Source of the DNA: Lytechinus pictus
Lineage: Eukaryota
Reading direction: 5' to 3'
Length of the DNA stretch: 64,000 nt
Assembly (NCBI RefSeq): GCF_037042905.1
Contig: NC_087252.1
Coordinates: forward strand, 3,350,001-3,414,000
Notes under the pieces: generated by a model
Told to the model about the DNA's origin: nothing
The model's input: only the letters and a program-made list of their open reading frames with translations
Database searches by the model: none
In this document: piece after piece, positions 61,862 through 64,000 of the stretch
Position numbering within the stretch: position 1 is the stretch's first letter
Layout: the number at the start of each line of letters is the position of its first letter
Translations under genes and position numbers: made by a program

Positions 61862-63279
61862 TATATTTTAAGATCTGTGTTGTTACAAGAAAAGCATCTA
61901 CTGATCCGCAGACCTACTGTCCCCCAGTCCCTGTTACTTGTCAGGTCAGAACTTCAAGACGGAGTTGAATGAGTTATTGTGAAAAACTACAGATTGATCT
62001 TTCAAGCCAAATTTCGACAAAAATATCAACATAGTTTTATGGGTGCTAATTTCCTTCTCTTAAGTTTGTGTTCCTAACCCATTTTTAATTTTGTTATGTC
62101 TTTGTTATGTCTTTGGGCAACCGATGGTTTGTGAAACATCATTGCAAATGTGTGTAAATTTTGCCCAAACCGAGTCATTTTGAATCAACCATGCAATTTT
62201 GCAGTTTTCTAACTGTTAATCACGTTTTAGCCTAAAGTTTGGGCATGTTAAGATTGGGCAAACTCTATCATACAGTTGGTCAATTTGAGTTGAGTATTGG
62301 TTGAAGGATAACCCTGTCGGGCAATCGTTGTCCAATAATTTAATCGAAATTGCTCAACTAGTTGTGTAAAAACTTATTAATATACATATTTTTGTTAATG
62401 TCAAATCATGTATATAAGAGGGATTCTTAAACTTTAACTGTTATACTTTCAGTCGTCTCTTTACTCTTTTCGCACACGCATAGTAGGACACTTTAGAATG
62501 GTAAGTTTTATTGAAAAATTACAAAAGAAAATATTTGAGAATAATGTGAAGGAAAATGAAAGTAAATTGAAATATGACGTATGAAAATATATTTTGTTGA
62601 ATTTACTGCCGAAAAATAACGTTGAAACAATGCAATCAATGCCGTACGCAGATGGAGGGACCTTTCGCATTTTTTAACGATTTGGATCCCATTTTGGGTG
62701 GATTTTTTTTGGGGGGGGAATTAATACAAAATACATATTCATGGAAATGTGTGTTCCTGACGTAGGATACCGGGAAATGTAAATAGCAAACATAAAACAA
62801 TAATTATGATCACTAGCTGGCATAGCCAGGATTTTTTTAACAGGGGACCAAAGCGAGGGAGCGAGGCGACCGAGTGGGAAATGGTGTGGGACAACGATCT
62901 TTGAAAATGTGCGCATCAAAAAGATTTTTTTTTTTAGTTCCTCAAATCAACGGGGGTGGGGGCTGGGCCATTGTAGTGCATTCAAGTGGGATGTACTTGT
63001 CATAGTCTCGAAGTTCAAAATCGCCTTCTTTTGTCTGAAATTGGGTATCTTCTATTAGGGTACTCAAGTTAGATTGGAAAAAATGACCCCCTATTCTCGG
63101 GGAAATTAAGAATTTGTGGCTTATTCCTGGCCTTATTGCTTATCGGATGTTGTGAAGAGTCCTATAGGTTTATGTTAATTTCAGGAATAAGGAGGTAAAG
63201 ATGGACTAGACTGTGAATGTGGTGAAAATCACAAAAACTTTAAACAGCAATGCTAACCCCTTCATTATGAAGGTGGCAT

Positions 63280-63459
63280 CATTAAACGAGTTTTTCCATT
63301 ATGTGTTTGTGCAATTTTGCCATTTTTGATTTGTTAGATTTACCTTGTCTTTATGTGTTCAGTCTTGCATTAAACGAGTTTTTTCCATTATGTGTTTGTG
63401 CAATTTTGCCATTTTTGATTTGTTAGATTTACCTTGTCTTTATGTGTTCAGTCTTGCAT
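63280..63459 (+). repeat. Near-perfect 88-bp tandem duplication
   Basis: cattaaacgagtttttccattatgtg...agtcttg occurs twice, differing by one T in a run. Confidence 0.9.
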
Positions 63460-64000
63460 GCATAATGTATAAATATCCTTATTCTTATCCTATTTAATTT
63501 GATGTATGACACTGACTATCTATTTGGTTAGTACATGATATAATACGAGTAAAATAAGTGTCCACTTTTGTTTTCTGTTGAGTGTAGCTGAAAAGAGTCA
63601 TGGCTAATTTTCTTTGCAATAGAATTATTACATTACAGAGATAACGAGAACACCAAAGACAACTATTTCATCCCTTACAGGGCCCCAGACAGCCCGCCCG
63701 TAAAATGCCCCCAACCAGTGTTTCCAAGTTCAAGAAATTTACCCAAATTCCGAAAATCCAGGCAATCTCCAGGTAATTGTCAGGAAACAATTCCAGGAAA
63801 TATTAGAAATAATATAGAAAGATGTTTTTAATCAGTTTTCACTGAAACTAGTAAATTCTAACGACGAAGTGGAACTTGCCACTGCTCAAAACTGTCGCTC
63901 ACTCGCAGAATTAAATTTATTCCATTCCTAATTTCGCGTGAATAACCTCAAGCAAAATTATACTGTACATGTCACATATTCACAAGAGAAAAACAAGATT

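Overview
AT-rich, intron-containing metazoan DNA. The repeat families resemble those of marine invertebrate deuterostomes, probably sea urchin (inference). The main host locus is a minus-strand, 12-exon gene assembled by hand (46764->30406, 1536 nt, 511 aa). It encodes a type I immunoglobulin-superfamily receptor: signal peptide, atypical IgV, C2/C1-like Ig, S/T stalk, TM, proline-rich SH3-ligand segment, and a tail with 8 tyrosines in ITIM-like motifs built from a duplicated exon pair. About 8 kb downstream on the same strand is an orphan three-exon TM + cytoplasmic cassette (22761->21190) with a YMEM (YxxM) motif and no visible ectodomain of its own. The rest is mostly mobile DNA: a near-intact Tx1/L1-clade LINE ORF2 (10695-14463), nested L2/Crack and Rex1 LINE fragments, a hAT transposase relic, two copies of one LTR, tRNA-derived SINEs, many MITEs, Penelope remnants, a spliced THAP-domain ORF, a 53-bp minisatellite and an open IS3EU-like DDE transposase ORF (to 60591). 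No rRNA, true tRNA or CRISPR array was found. All coordinates were read by eye.
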